Source of the DNA: Guillardia theta CCMP2712
Taxonomy: Eukaryota > Protista > Cryptophyta
Length of the DNA stretch: 64,000 nt
Direction: 5' to 3'
NCBI RefSeq assembly: GCF_000315625.1
Contig: NW_005434638.1
Location: 46,107-110,106, forward strand
Shown: in pieces, positions 1 through 10,422 of the stretch
How positions within the stretch are numbered: position 1 is the stretch's first letter
Layout: every line of letters begins with the position of its first letter
Program-made: the position numbers and the translations under genes
Notes under the pieces: model-generated
Told to the model about the DNA's origin: nothing
What the model saw: the letters and a program-made list of their open reading frames with translations, nothing else
Databases searched by the model: none

Positions 1-47
1 CTCCTCCTCCTCCCGCTATGACGTTTTTCCCTCTCATCGCTTACTCA

Positions 48-920
48 GGTTGGTCTCGGAGGCAACCAGCTCGTCCATCCTGGCATCGAGCAACTCGCCT
101 ACACGCTCGAGCTCTCCATCTACAGGTCTAGAGCTGCTTACTGCCCTCCCCTCCCTCCCCTTGCTTGTTCCATCCTCCTCTTCCTTTTGCTACTCCTCCT
201 CTTCCTCCTCTTTCTCCTCCTCTTGCTCCTGTTTCTTCTTCTCCCCTCGCCCGCCCCTCCCTTCTCTCCTCCTCCTCCTCCTCCTCCTTCCATTCTCCCT
301 CCCCTTCCACTTGCTTCCACTAACTTACGCTATATCTCTACAGAATCGTCGTGTCCTACTACCTCGACATCCCTGATCTTCTCGGCAACGCAGGTTCTTC
401 CCAGCCCGCAGCTCCCCCCCTCCCCCTACCTCCGAAGGAACTTCGTCAGAGTTGTTGGCTGCTTTACAAGCAGTCTCCATCCTCCTCTCTCTCCCCTTCC
501 CTCCCCTCCTCTCTTCCATCCTCCTTTCTCCTCTCTCCTTCACTTTGCTCCCCTCTTCTCTCGATGCCCTTGTCTCCCCTCTCATCACTGTTTTCTCGCC
601 TCAGGATCGGAATGCTCCTCCTGGATCGTGTGGAGCGAAACTCCAAAAAAAGCATGGAAGGAGCTCTACCTTCCAAGGTCTCCACCACCACCACCATCTT
701 CTCCTCGTCCACCACCACCACCATCTCCTCCTCCTCCTCCTCCTCCTCCTCCTCCTCCTCCACCACCACCACCACCTCCTCCTCCTCCTCCTACTCCTCC
801 TCCTCCTCCTCCCTCTTCCCCCTCTCATCTCCCAGCTCGTGCTCACGGCTTTGCAGGCTGCAAACTTTCCTGGCATTCAAGTCGGGCATTCTGCCAGTAG
901 GAGAGGCAACCATGACATAA
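48..920 (+). CDS. 3' exons of a multi-exon gene entering from the left edge; possible LRR fragment
   Basis: Short exon-like blocks lie between pyrimidine-rich tracts ending in CAG. The first reads GLGGNQLVHPGIEQLAYTLE (LRR-like). Frames are not resolved. Confidence 0.3.
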
Positions 921-1013
921 GAAGAGTGCAAGCAAAAAGACAATCACAGCTTCAAATCATAACTAATGTTACCATCACTCCTCCTCCTTCCTCTTTCTGC
1001 CTCCTTCCTCTTC

Positions 1014-2273
1014 CTACAAGCACATCAAGGTCCTGTGGCGCGAGCAGAAGCACTTCTTTCCTTCATCCCTCCTCGTCTTCACCCTCACACTGCATCCTTC
1101 AGGGTGGACGCAGCGGAACCCGAGCAAGCTCTCGTGGCAGCTCCACTTGTGCCGCTTGCAGAAGATAGGAGGCCCTCCAGCAGGACCGAAGGAAGGATGC
1201 TTCCTGCATCCCTCCCGCTGGCACCTGCTCACGTGCACCAGGTCCACCTCCCCTGGTCGTGCGTGCTGCCTGCAGTGCAACAGAATCTTCGTCCTGCCTC
1301 CTACTCCTCCTCCTCCTCCTCCTCCTCCTCCACATCCACCTCCACCACCTCCTCCTCCTGCATCCCCCCGTTTCAGTGGAAGAAGAGTCTCTTCAATCTT
1401 CTCACTGTCCCGATAAAGGTGCAGATCAGGGCCGAAGCAAGCATGCTGTGGGCATTCAAGGCATCAACCTACCAGCAGAAGCAGCTTCTCCTCCTGCGTC
1501 CCGCCTCCTCCTCCTCCTTCCCTCTGCTGTCCGTCACCTTCCCCCTTCCTCATCGAGGCACAACTGACACAGAGAAGGTCGTTCCATGTCCTCTCGCTCC
1601 TTGAGAACCTGCCGAAGGCAACGGGACGATCATGGCAGTGCTCGCAGCGTCGCTCCTGCCAAGGACTGGAACTCCTCTCCTCCCCATGTAGGAAGTCAGC
1701 CCAACCCTTCCATCCCTCCTCCTTGTACGCGTGGTTGGGGTTGTAGGGGATAGACGACGGTCTCTCCTGCCAACTCCAGAACTCCACTCTCCTCCTGTAC
1801 CCTTGCCTCCGGACGATCTCCCGAGCTGTGTGGAAGTCCAGCCTCTTCCTGCTCCTCGACCGCGACCTCCCTTGGAACATGCTCACGTTGAGCGCCTCAT
1901 CGGAGGAGCAGTCTGAGAAGATAAAGTTCTTGCTGTCCTGCATCAGCGTCTTGGAGGCGATCTCCTGCCAGCCGCACCGGGAGGACTGGGAGTCGGCAGA
2001 CTCCAAGAGCTGGATGCCCCCACTCTTCCTCCCCTCGCTCATCTCCACCGTGTCTTCCTGCTCGGTCGGAGACTTTGCTCCTTCACATGAGCAGAAGGAA
2101 GACGAGCTATGCTGATCGCCAGAGAAGGGCAAGTGACCAGTCAGGAGCATGCTTGATCCGCTCAGTCGCAGAACCCCCCGTGCTTCGCTCGATTGGTTGA
2201 TGTCCACAGAGAGGAGGAGAATAAGGATGAGACTGGAGAAAAATTGCATCCTCGACAGAAGTCTCCCTACCAT
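1014..2273 (-). CDS. Protein with signal-like N-terminus, integrase-repeat-like unit (INT_rpt) and EsV-1-7-type Cys/His repeats
   Basis: ORF 2273-1464 contains LDFHTAREIVRRQGY...IPYNPNHAYKEEGWKGWADFL. ORF 1280-1014 contains RCQREGCRKHPSFGPAGGPPIFCKRHK and RCVHPEGC...FCSRH. The splice join between them is not fully resolved. Confidence 0.55.
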
Positions 2274-3718
2274 CGCATCTCTTCAGAGCCGAGTCATGCA
2301 TTCCATTCCTGTACCACCAGCCGTCAGATGGCTCGCTACCAAGTCTCAACTCAGCCGTTTCTTCCAGTTGAAGTTGAACTCCAGCCTGAACTCCTACACT
2401 TCTTGTCACTAACTAATGAATCGCTAAACACTCCTAAGCGTCCTTCCTTCCTCCTCCTCCTCCTCCCCTTCCTCCCCCTACATCACTGCTTCCTTGGAGG
2501 CCGCCATTTGACGGTTTTAACCGTAAGGGAAAACAGTATGAGGGGGTGGGGCCGTGATCAGATGGACCCCTACACACTCTCCAAGTGCGTGCATGCTGGT
2601 ATCTTGGTGGGTAAAAGCATGGAATTACAGGGGTACTTAAGGATATGGGGTAGTGACAGTGCTGAAATATAGGGTAGGGTAGGCTAGGGTGTTCCCTTTG
2701 TTTGTGGGGGTCCTTTCATGAGCGGAGCCTCCCGGCGGGCCCGGAGGTGGCCGATCGGACTCCGGGAAATGGTCCGGGCCCCGGGGCCCGGGACCGTCCG
2801 GGAGACTCGAAGAGGCGGCCGGGCCGCCGGGTTTCTAAGGCTGATCACGATGGTCACTCAGTACTATGATGATATCATTCGGTACCACAAGTTTTACTCA
2901 TCATGCAGCCTGTCAGTAGTCTCTCACTATATCCGCAGAAGTTTCCAAAAGACCTCTTTTCATGGTTTCTACAGGAGCCTGGAGTCCGTGAGACACGAGT
3001 GGGCTAGTACTGACGGGGGTCTGAAAGCTGGGGAAGTAGGGGGTTACCCTTCAAATCTGGTCCATGAAGGGGTGATTGAGCAGAGGATGAAGGGGGTAGT
3101 CGAATTGATTGAGACAGAGCAGGGGGGTTAAAGCTACCAAAGGAGTCGTGATAGCAGAACTACCCACCGTCTCCGAGGACAGAAGCTGATATTCGAGCAG
3201 TACCCCCCATATAAGCATGAATTTTGGCTGGAAATGAGGGGCTTCATGAGTACCCCCACCCACTATTTTAATCCGCCCGCGGGGGGACATAGAGGACCGA
3301 GTTACCCTTTCTCCTTGGAACCCTCTAAAACCTTTTAAATTCAATAGTGTAATTATATAAAGTTTACAATATTTTATGATATCTTTGCAACCTTCCCGAA
3401 GTTAAGTATAAAATACATAATCTATATAAAAATCGAAGCCATATTTCCTTCATTATGGGTAAATACATATAATTTCAAATAATTATATATAATATCTTCA
3501 TAACAGTTAGGGACCCCTTCGGGGCCAAAAGGGAAGATAAACCCCTTACCGACCACCCTCATCAATGACCCCACCGCGCTTTGACTGTTGGACTAACTAC
3601 CTAGGGGTCATACCATGGACCCCTGAGATCCCTTTAGTACCGGTTAATTAGACTCAATAGACCCCATAATTTAAATAGGAAGATCAAAGTTACACAACTG
3701 TACCGGTGCTTGACTTCC

Positions 3719-6700
3719 ATGACCCATGACCTCGAAGTCCAGTACCCCACCCCTATGTTCCGCCTACAGGAACTACTCTCGGCGATCATGGCGGAGGAGG
3801 GGACGTTCTTGGTGGAGCGCTCCAGCGCTGCCCATACTTCAGACCTTCCCCGTCCCCCCTGCCCTCTCCCTCCTCCTCTTCCTCCTCATCCAGACTCCTC
3901 CGAGAGTTCCCACTCGCTCCGCCTCTCCATCTCCTCCCTTCTTCCCCAATCACAACTGACGCCCTCTCATGAACCAAGTCACATCGCACACCCATCTCCA
4001 CCTACTTTGTCAGACGATGCTGAGCCTCCCGCCGTGTCCTATCACTCACTTCCTCTTCCTCACTCCCTCCCTCACTCGCATCGTTTGGTCCCAGTCGGCT
4101 CGTCTTCGACACCATCACCTCCCTCTTCTGCTCCTTCCCTCTCACCTCTCGGCCCTGGCGATCATAGCTCGTCATTCGCGTCCAACCATGAGGGGAACGG
4201 CGCTGGCGCACTTCCAAGGTCACCGCAGGGAGCTAGCAGTGAGGACTTGTTTGAACGAAGACAATGGAGGCAGAGGTTGAAGGTCAGCACAGACCTGGTA
4301 CAGGACGTGGAGGAAGAGCTGATGGGGAGGACGAGACGTCCGTCGATCTCGACACACATCAACGATGATGATCTTGCTGCGAGCCCCACATCACGATCAG
4401 CATCAAATAGACAAGGTGGAGGCAAGAGCCCTCAACACGGTGTGTTCAGCAGGAGGTCGACGCTCATAGAAAGCTTCCGGAACTCTAAGGACCTGGCCAC
4501 GATCCCTTCCTTGGACCTTCCGGCAGACTGGGAGCAGGAGTTCAGAGAGTCTCTCTACAGGCCGACGATGCTGCGGATCTGCTCCGTCATCGCCACCCCC
4601 ACCTTCCTGTTTATGTTCCTCTTCAGCATCTACTCTGACGACTCGATCCCCGGGAGCGAGACCCTTCACATGGTGACCTACCTTCCGTTCCTCGTCTCTT
4701 GCATCTGGTGTGCCGTCACTGCAGTCCTTGTCTTCCTCGAGCCGGCGCAGGGGTTCTGTCTCAGACACTACTCCGCCCTCGTCATCAGCTTCTCCCTCAA
4801 CCTGTACCTCAGCTTCATAGTACCTGACGCCATCAAGGAATATAGGCGTACCCTCTATGGCGATGACCGTGCGGAGTACGTGACGTGGCAGATAGACTAC
4901 TCCACCTTCCCTCCCACTCGCAACTGCACGGACAGCAGGCCGTCGCAGACGATGACTTTCTGGCACGACTTCCATGCTATTGGCTGCAACAACATGGTGA
5001 TGGGGGGCGACAACTTTTGCCTCTATGTCACTGTCCTCCTGGACCCGCTGGTGTTCCACTTGAACCACAAGGATGTTGTCATCCAGACCTGCCTGATGAC
5101 TATCATCTTCATCGTGGGCGCCTTGGCGACCGGATCGCATCACTCCCTTCTCATGACGCTGTCGGTGTTCCACCTTGTCGTGGGGCTGTCGATCGCCGTC
5201 ATCTGCCGCGCTCAGAGGAAGAGCGAGACGGAGCAGTTCGTCATCGCAAAGTACACCAAAGTCTCCTCGGATCAGAGCAGGAGCATCGTGCACACGCTGG
5301 TGCCTCCCGATGTTGCGTCGAAGCTTGCCTTCCATGACAAGAAGACGTTCCTGGGCACTACCATCCCTCAATGTATCGTAATGTTCTGCTCGCTGGAGCC
5401 ACGGGAGCTCCTGAAAGCCTCTCCTACCTTCGAGATCTTCAACCTGATGGACGACGTCTTCAAGGTCTTCGACCATCTAGTCTCCATGAGCGGCATGTAC
5501 AAGTATCAGCATGTTGGCGACTGGTACATCATCACCTGCCCCCGGGCCGCCAACCCCTTTGCGGAGCAGGAGCAGAGGAAACCTTACCCGCACGACTACG
5601 TGACGTCGATGGTGCAGCTAGCGAGTTGCTTGCAGCTGGCGTGCAAGGGGTATGACTACAAGGGGACGCAGCTCAGTCTCAAGGTAGGCGTCCACTTCGG
5701 ATCCGCCGCAGGGGCAGTGATCGGGGTCCACCGATCCTTCTACTGCGTGTACGGGGACACGATCAACACCACAGCTCGCATGTGCAAGTATGCAGGAGAC
5801 GATGAGATCGCATGCTCGAAGCAGTTCGCGGACAAGGTGGCGGAGGACGGGGGGAAGGACATACTCTCCTCGTCCAAGGGCTCGCTGTACATCAAGGGGA
5901 AGGGGGAGATGGAGGTGTTCCGCCTGGAGGTGGCACAGAAGGAGGAGGACAGGAGAGAGTCGATGCATGGCTTGTTGAGAGCGGAGTCGAGGAGTCGATT
6001 CAGCTCTGTAGGCTCGGACTCGTCGAGCATCGTGGAGCCGCTGCTGAGGGTGAAGTTGCAGGAACTGAGCAAGGAGGGGAGGGTCCTGGTCAAGAGCAGC
6101 AAGTTTGCGCTCAACAGGTTCGAGACTGAGTTCGTGGACGCCAAGACCGAGAAAGTCTTCCTCCAGGACTGCACCTACAACCACCGCATGATCATGTCGG
6201 CAGGGGTTCTGGTTCACTTTCTGGCCGTGCTGTGCCAATGGCAGTCGGTAAACTTCCCGGAGGCGAGCTACACGCTTGAGGGAGATGAGGGCAAGGTGGG
6301 GACGGACACTGTCTTCCTCCTCCTGACCATCCACCTCGGCGTTGTCTTCGTGTGCAGCATTGCCTCAATCATCTGCTTCTTCAGCTCGGACTACATGGGG
6401 TTGAGGCAGAGGTCACATCTTGCCTTCGTGAAGATCGTCTTCAACGCCTGCTCGCTCGCCGCCAACTTTTACATCGCCATGGACGGCTGGCTGATCCTCT
6501 TCAGCACCGTCTTCGTCGCCATCCACTCCATGGCAAGCGGCATCGGGTTCAAGCACAACGTGCTCGTGTCGGCCGTCGCCTTCTTCCTGTCTGTACCCTA
6601 CATCCTGTCGGAGGAGCAGAAGTCGGAGAGGATAGAGATCATCGTCGAGATCGTTCTTACCGTCCTTGTCTCTGTCTTTGTGTCCCGCATCATCGACAAG

Positions 6701-7684
6701 AGCGAGCGGCTGCGGTGGAGACTCTACAAGCTCTTCCAGGTTGAGTTCAGGAGACTGAGGCTGATCCTCGTCGACCTGCTCCCCGACGACATCGCAGAGA
6801 AGATGATCCACGATAACATGAACTTTGACGTCACGAGCAGGAGGGCGGTTGTCCTCCAGCTCGACATCTGCAACTTCACCGCCATGTCGCAGACCATGAG
6901 CGCGCTGCACGTAGCGACGATGGTGCACTCCATCTTCTCCGCCTTCGACTCCTCCGTGGAGAGGCTGGACCTCTTCAAGATGGACACGATAGGAGACGCG
7001 TACATCGTCGCTGCCTGGCTGCCCGAAACTCCCGATTGGCATGAAGATCGCAACAGCAAGAAGATCTGCCGCAAGGTTCTGATGCTAGCAAGGGACATGA
7101 TCACGGCCATGGAAGAGCACAGGACGCTGACGGGGCTCGAGGTCAACTGCAGGATCGGAATCTCCGTGGGAAAGTTCGCGTGCGGGCTGATAGGAAGGGT
7201 GCAATCTCGATTTCACGTGATGGGGAGGGCTATGGGGGAGGTAGAGCACCTGGAGCAGAAGTGTGTTATCAACGGCATCCATGTCAGTGACAAGTTCCTG
7301 CGAGGACTGGGCCTCGATATCCTCAGGAGCAGTGAGACGAAGGAGCAAGGAGGGAGCCCCGGCGAGAGGGGGGAGGAGGATGGCGCGAGTCCGGAGGAGG
7401 TGAGGATGGAAGTGAAGGAGGACGAGGAGGAGGAGAGCGAGCAGGGGACGTGCAAGGAGGGAGAAAACCCCTCGGAGACCTCCGCCTCCTCGTTGCAAGA
7501 GCGCGTTGCCGGTTGTATGCCCTTGCACTGGAAGCTGACCAAGACCTTCACGTACGGGGAAGACAACAAAAAGGCGGAGGAGGAGCTTGACAGAGATTTC
7601 CGACCGACGTGCTCAGACGAGTCGGGGCTTCATATAGAGGATGAGACCATGCATGCGAGCTTCGTCTTTGAGCTTGTCGATTAG
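3719..7684 (+). CDS. Intronless membrane-bound class III nucleotide cyclase (TM-cyclase-TM-cyclase), probably a guanylyl cyclase
   Basis: About 1320 aa with two multi-TM blocks. Catalytic motifs KYQHVGDWY, KVGVHFG, YCVYGDTINTTARM and IKGKGEM in domain 1; LQLDICNFT, KMDTIGDAY and RIGISVG in domain 2. Confidence 0.93.
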   Translation: MTHDLEVQYPTPMFRLQELLSAIMAEEGTFLVERSSAAHTSDLPRPPCPLPPPLPPHPDSSESSHSLRLSISSLLPQSQLTPSHEPSHIAHPSPPTLSDDAEPPAVSYHSLPLPHSLPHSHRLVPVGSSSTPSPPSSAPSLSPLGPGDHSSSFASNHEGNGAGALPRSPQGASSEDLFERRQWRQRLKVSTDLVQDVEEELMGRTRRPSISTHINDDDLAASPTSRSASNRQGGGKSPQHGVFSRRSTLIESFRNSKDLATIPSLDLPADWEQEFRESLYRPTMLRICSVIATPTFLFMFLFSIYSDDSIPGSETLHMVTYLPFLVSCIWCAVTAVLVFLEPAQGFCLRHYSALVISFSLNLYLSFIVPDAIKEYRRTLYGDDRAEYVTWQIDYSTFPPTRNCTDSRPSQTMTFWHDFHAIGCNNMVMGGDNFCLYVTVLLDPLVFHLNHKDVVIQTCLMTIIFIVGALATGSHHSLLMTLSVFHLVVGLSIAVICRAQRKSETEQFVIAKYTKVSSDQSRSIVHTLVPPDVASKLAFHDKKTFLGTTIPQCIVMFCSLEPRELLKASPTFEIFNLMDDVFKVFDHLVSMSGMYKYQHVGDWYIITCPRAANPFAEQEQRKPYPHDYVTSMVQLASCLQLACKGYDYKGTQLSLKVGVHFGSAAGAVIGVHRSFYCVYGDTINTTARMCKYAGDDEIACSKQFADKVAEDGGKDILSSSKGSLYIKGKGEMEVFRLEVAQKEEDRRESMHGLLRAESRSRFSSVGSDSSSIVEPLLRVKLQELSKEGRVLVKSSKFALNRFETEFVDAKTEKVFLQDCTYNHRMIMSAGVLVHFLAVLCQWQSVNFPEASYTLEGDEGKVGTDTVFLLLTIHLGVVFVCSIASIICFFSSDYMGLRQRSHLAFVKIVFNACSLAANFYIAMDGWLILFSTVFVAIHSMASGIGFKHNVLVSAVAFFLSVPYILSEEQKSERIEIIVEIVLTVLVSVFVSRIIDKSERLRWRLYKLFQVEFRRLRLILVDLLPDDIAEKMIHDNMNFDVTSRRAVVLQLDICNFTAMSQTMSALHVATMVHSIFSAFDSSVERLDLFKMDTIGDAYIVAAWLPETPDWHEDRNSKKICRKVLMLARDMITAMEEHRTLTGLEVNCRIGISVGKFACGLIGRVQSRFHVMGRAMGEVEHLEQKCVINGIHVSDKFLRGLGLDILRSSETKEQGGSPGERGEEDGASPEEVRMEVKEDEEEESEQGTCKEGENPSETSASSLQERVAGCMPLHWKLTKTFTYGEDNKKAEEELDRDFRPTCSDESGLHIEDETMHASFVFELVD

Positions 7685-8152
7685 AAGGGGTGGGGCACTT
7701 GTTTAGATTGTAGAGTAGTTACACAATGAAATGTTTTTAGTTGCCAAATATCTTCTGTTTTGTTCGGATTCATTGGTCGGCCATATTCCGACAAAAAAAG
7801 CTGAAGAGAAAACACAAAGACAAACTGATATGTCAGTTTTCAACACACTACAATTATACACACGCGCGCACACACAGAGTGCTCCTCCTGTTTCATGCAC
7901 TGCTTCCGCTGATGAAGATGGAGTAGCGACAAAGAGGAGGAGGTAGGAGGAGAATGGGGAGAGCAACGAGAATGGGGGATGTAGAAGGGAGGGAGGAGGC
8001 AAGGAAATCGAGGGAGGATGGAGTGCTAGGGGGACCTTGGGATCGAGTCAAACTCCTGACTGTCAACGATGAAGGTCAGAAAACAAACAGAAAAAGTACA
8101 ACAAAGCATGAGAAACGGAAAGAGGAGAAAAGGGAAATGAGACCGGAAGATA

Positions 8153-8388
8153 TCTTCATCATCACCACCACCATCATCATGAGCACCACAATCATCATCA
8201 TCATCACCACCACCACCACCACCACCACCACCACCACCACCACCACCACCACCACCACCATCATCATCGTCATCATCATCATCGTCGTCGTTGTCATCAT
8301 CATCGTCATGCTCATCATCATCATCACCACCACCACCTCCTCCATCACCATCACCATCACCATCACCATCACCATCACCATCACCATC
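8153..8388. repeat. Compound (CAC)n/(CAT)n/(CACCAT)n microsatellite
   Basis: Directly visible, between the convergent cyclase and Yippee genes. Confidence 0.95.
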
Positions 8389-8460
8389 AAGGTCAAAGAT
8401 GCAACATCAGCACCGCAGATCGCACCATGGACACACACAAGGGACATGCAGCATGCGGCA

Positions 8461-8722
8461 TTACTCGATCGGAAGGCTCCATTCCTCCCTCGTCATCCTC
8501 GCCTTCTCCAGCACGGACTTCCCCTCCTTGTACTTCTGGCTCTGCTCGAAAGCCTCCTCGTACTTCCACCCGAGGTATTCGTCGCAGCAGTTGCAGTAGA
8601 TGTCTTGCACCTGCCATCCGCCCTCAGTCCTCTTGTTCTCTTCCTCCTCCGAGAGAGCGAGAGAGAAGGGGGTGCTGGGGAGGGGAGGGAGGGCAGAGAG
8701 ATCAACAAGTACCAGAATATCA

Positions 8723-8782
<60 letters not shown>

Positions 8783-9054
8783 CTAGGGCAAAGACGGGAC
8801 AGCGTCGCCTACACAGGGGGGCAGGATGCTTCTCCTTCCTCTCGTCTCTTCACCTTGTGTAGCCCAGTGGTCAGTACTCGGTCCTCCGTCGGCCCAAAGT
8901 TGATGTTGACAACTGTGTTGAACAGATACGCCCTCCCAGTGCGCCCTTGGAAGGACTTGGACACGATGTCTTCATAGTTTGTCAAGTGGGTTCGACAGTT
9001 GGAGCATGCGTAGATCTTGCTCCCTGCGAGGAACTTACGGTGGATTCTTCCCAT
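8461..9054 (-). CDS. YPEL: Yippee-like (YPEL) zinc-binding protein; exons 9054-8854 and 8610-8461
   Basis: [10 protein letters not shown]...[14 protein letters not shown]...LTTGLHK|[31 protein letters not shown]. The GT-AG intron contains a (CAG)n tract at about 8727-8781. Confidence 0.95.
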
Positions 9055-10348
9055 GTTTCCGGCTGTTGCAGCACAAACTAGAGCCGCTGGAAATGCTCTG
9101 CATTCAAAGTCAGTGTGAAACGAGAAGAGGCAGGTGGGGAGGGGGGAGAGGATGACAGAAATGGTTCACAGGATGAGATCAAAGAGAGCTGTGAGTCGCT
9201 CGACTCCTCGGGGATCAGGACAGGACTGAAGCATGTAAAATCACAAACTGTAGGCGAGGCCGACAAACAGTCCTATCATCGCAACAAAGTGGTGGGGGGA
9301 TGGCAGTTGGAAACTCTCAACGTCCTTAAGTTGTTGAGAGGTGAGAGCAGGTGTGAGGCATGAAATGGTTCAGTCGTGATGCAAAGCCTTGCTGCTTAGG
9401 TGCCGGTGCAAGTATTGTAGCTGCTAGAAGGCAAGCAAGCAAGGTCGGGCAAGAACTGAGTTCGCCAAGGAGGGAGATGACTGGAAGGAGGAGCAGGAAC
9501 GAGCAGGTGACTTTCTCACTAGACAGGTAAGGGCAGTGAGGGAGGCAGAGGCGAGGGAGGGTGGAAGAGTCGAGGGAGGGAGGGAGGAGGAGGAGGAGGA
9601 GATGGGGAGGGGTTGGTTGGGGTTGAATTTCCTTCAACCCTTTAGGGATCCCTTGAGCCATGTGGGGTAGGGTGAGCAAGTGGTAGGATTTGTGAGGGTG
9701 GGGTGATGTCAAATGACCGGTAGAAATGCTAATTTCACTACTGAATATGATTCAAATTACAGGGTAGGGTACAACTTCATAGGGTAGCAATCAATTCAAA
9801 TATATTGTGGGATGGGGGTAGTAAACAATGGGTGGCATCTTGCTACATCCGGGGGTAGGGTAGTCTCACCCGCACTCCATTACCCTCTAATTATGGGAAA
9901 TATTGTTGGTATTTGGTGGGTGGGGGTCATCAAAATCGCTGCAACTACGGGTAGGAGTGAATTCCAGTGTGAAGGTCAGGACGCTGAGTGGTAGGGGTAG
10001 TAAGTCTAGAAATGAGGGGTCATTGGCATATTTGAGTACCCCTGGTTTGTAGTCAATTCACAGAATTAGAGTAGGTGGGGTCAGCCGTTCAAGGAATAGC
10101 GACCGACCGCATCCCCGCATTGACCGTGCTTGTCATGTCCAGGCCTGCCTCAGATGTGTCGGCCCGGAAGGCCCGGCCGGGTCCGGCGTTTACCATCATT
10201 GTCACTGAGAGTTTCTGATCAGGTCCGCCTCAGCCCCCGGCACATGATGCTCTATAACGGAAGGTCTCTCCCATGTAACGGTCCATCATAACGTTTTAAC
10301 GGTTATGTGTTTTTTTTTCCTCGGGCACGAGCGCGTGAGAGCGAAAGC

Positions 10349-10386
10349 ATGGTAAGTGAACGTGCGGGCATGCGGTGATGGCGGGG

Positions 10387-10422
<36 letters not shown>

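Noticed and set aside
2718-3344. Intergenic ORFs as transposon genes
   Set aside because: No transposase, RT or integrase motifs, and no terminal repeats found.
4403-5476. 357-aa minus-strand ORF
   Set aside because: Antisense shadow of the cyclase.
7954-8862. 302-aa poly-T/I/S ORF
   Set aside because: Translation of microsatellites and the antisense of Yippee.
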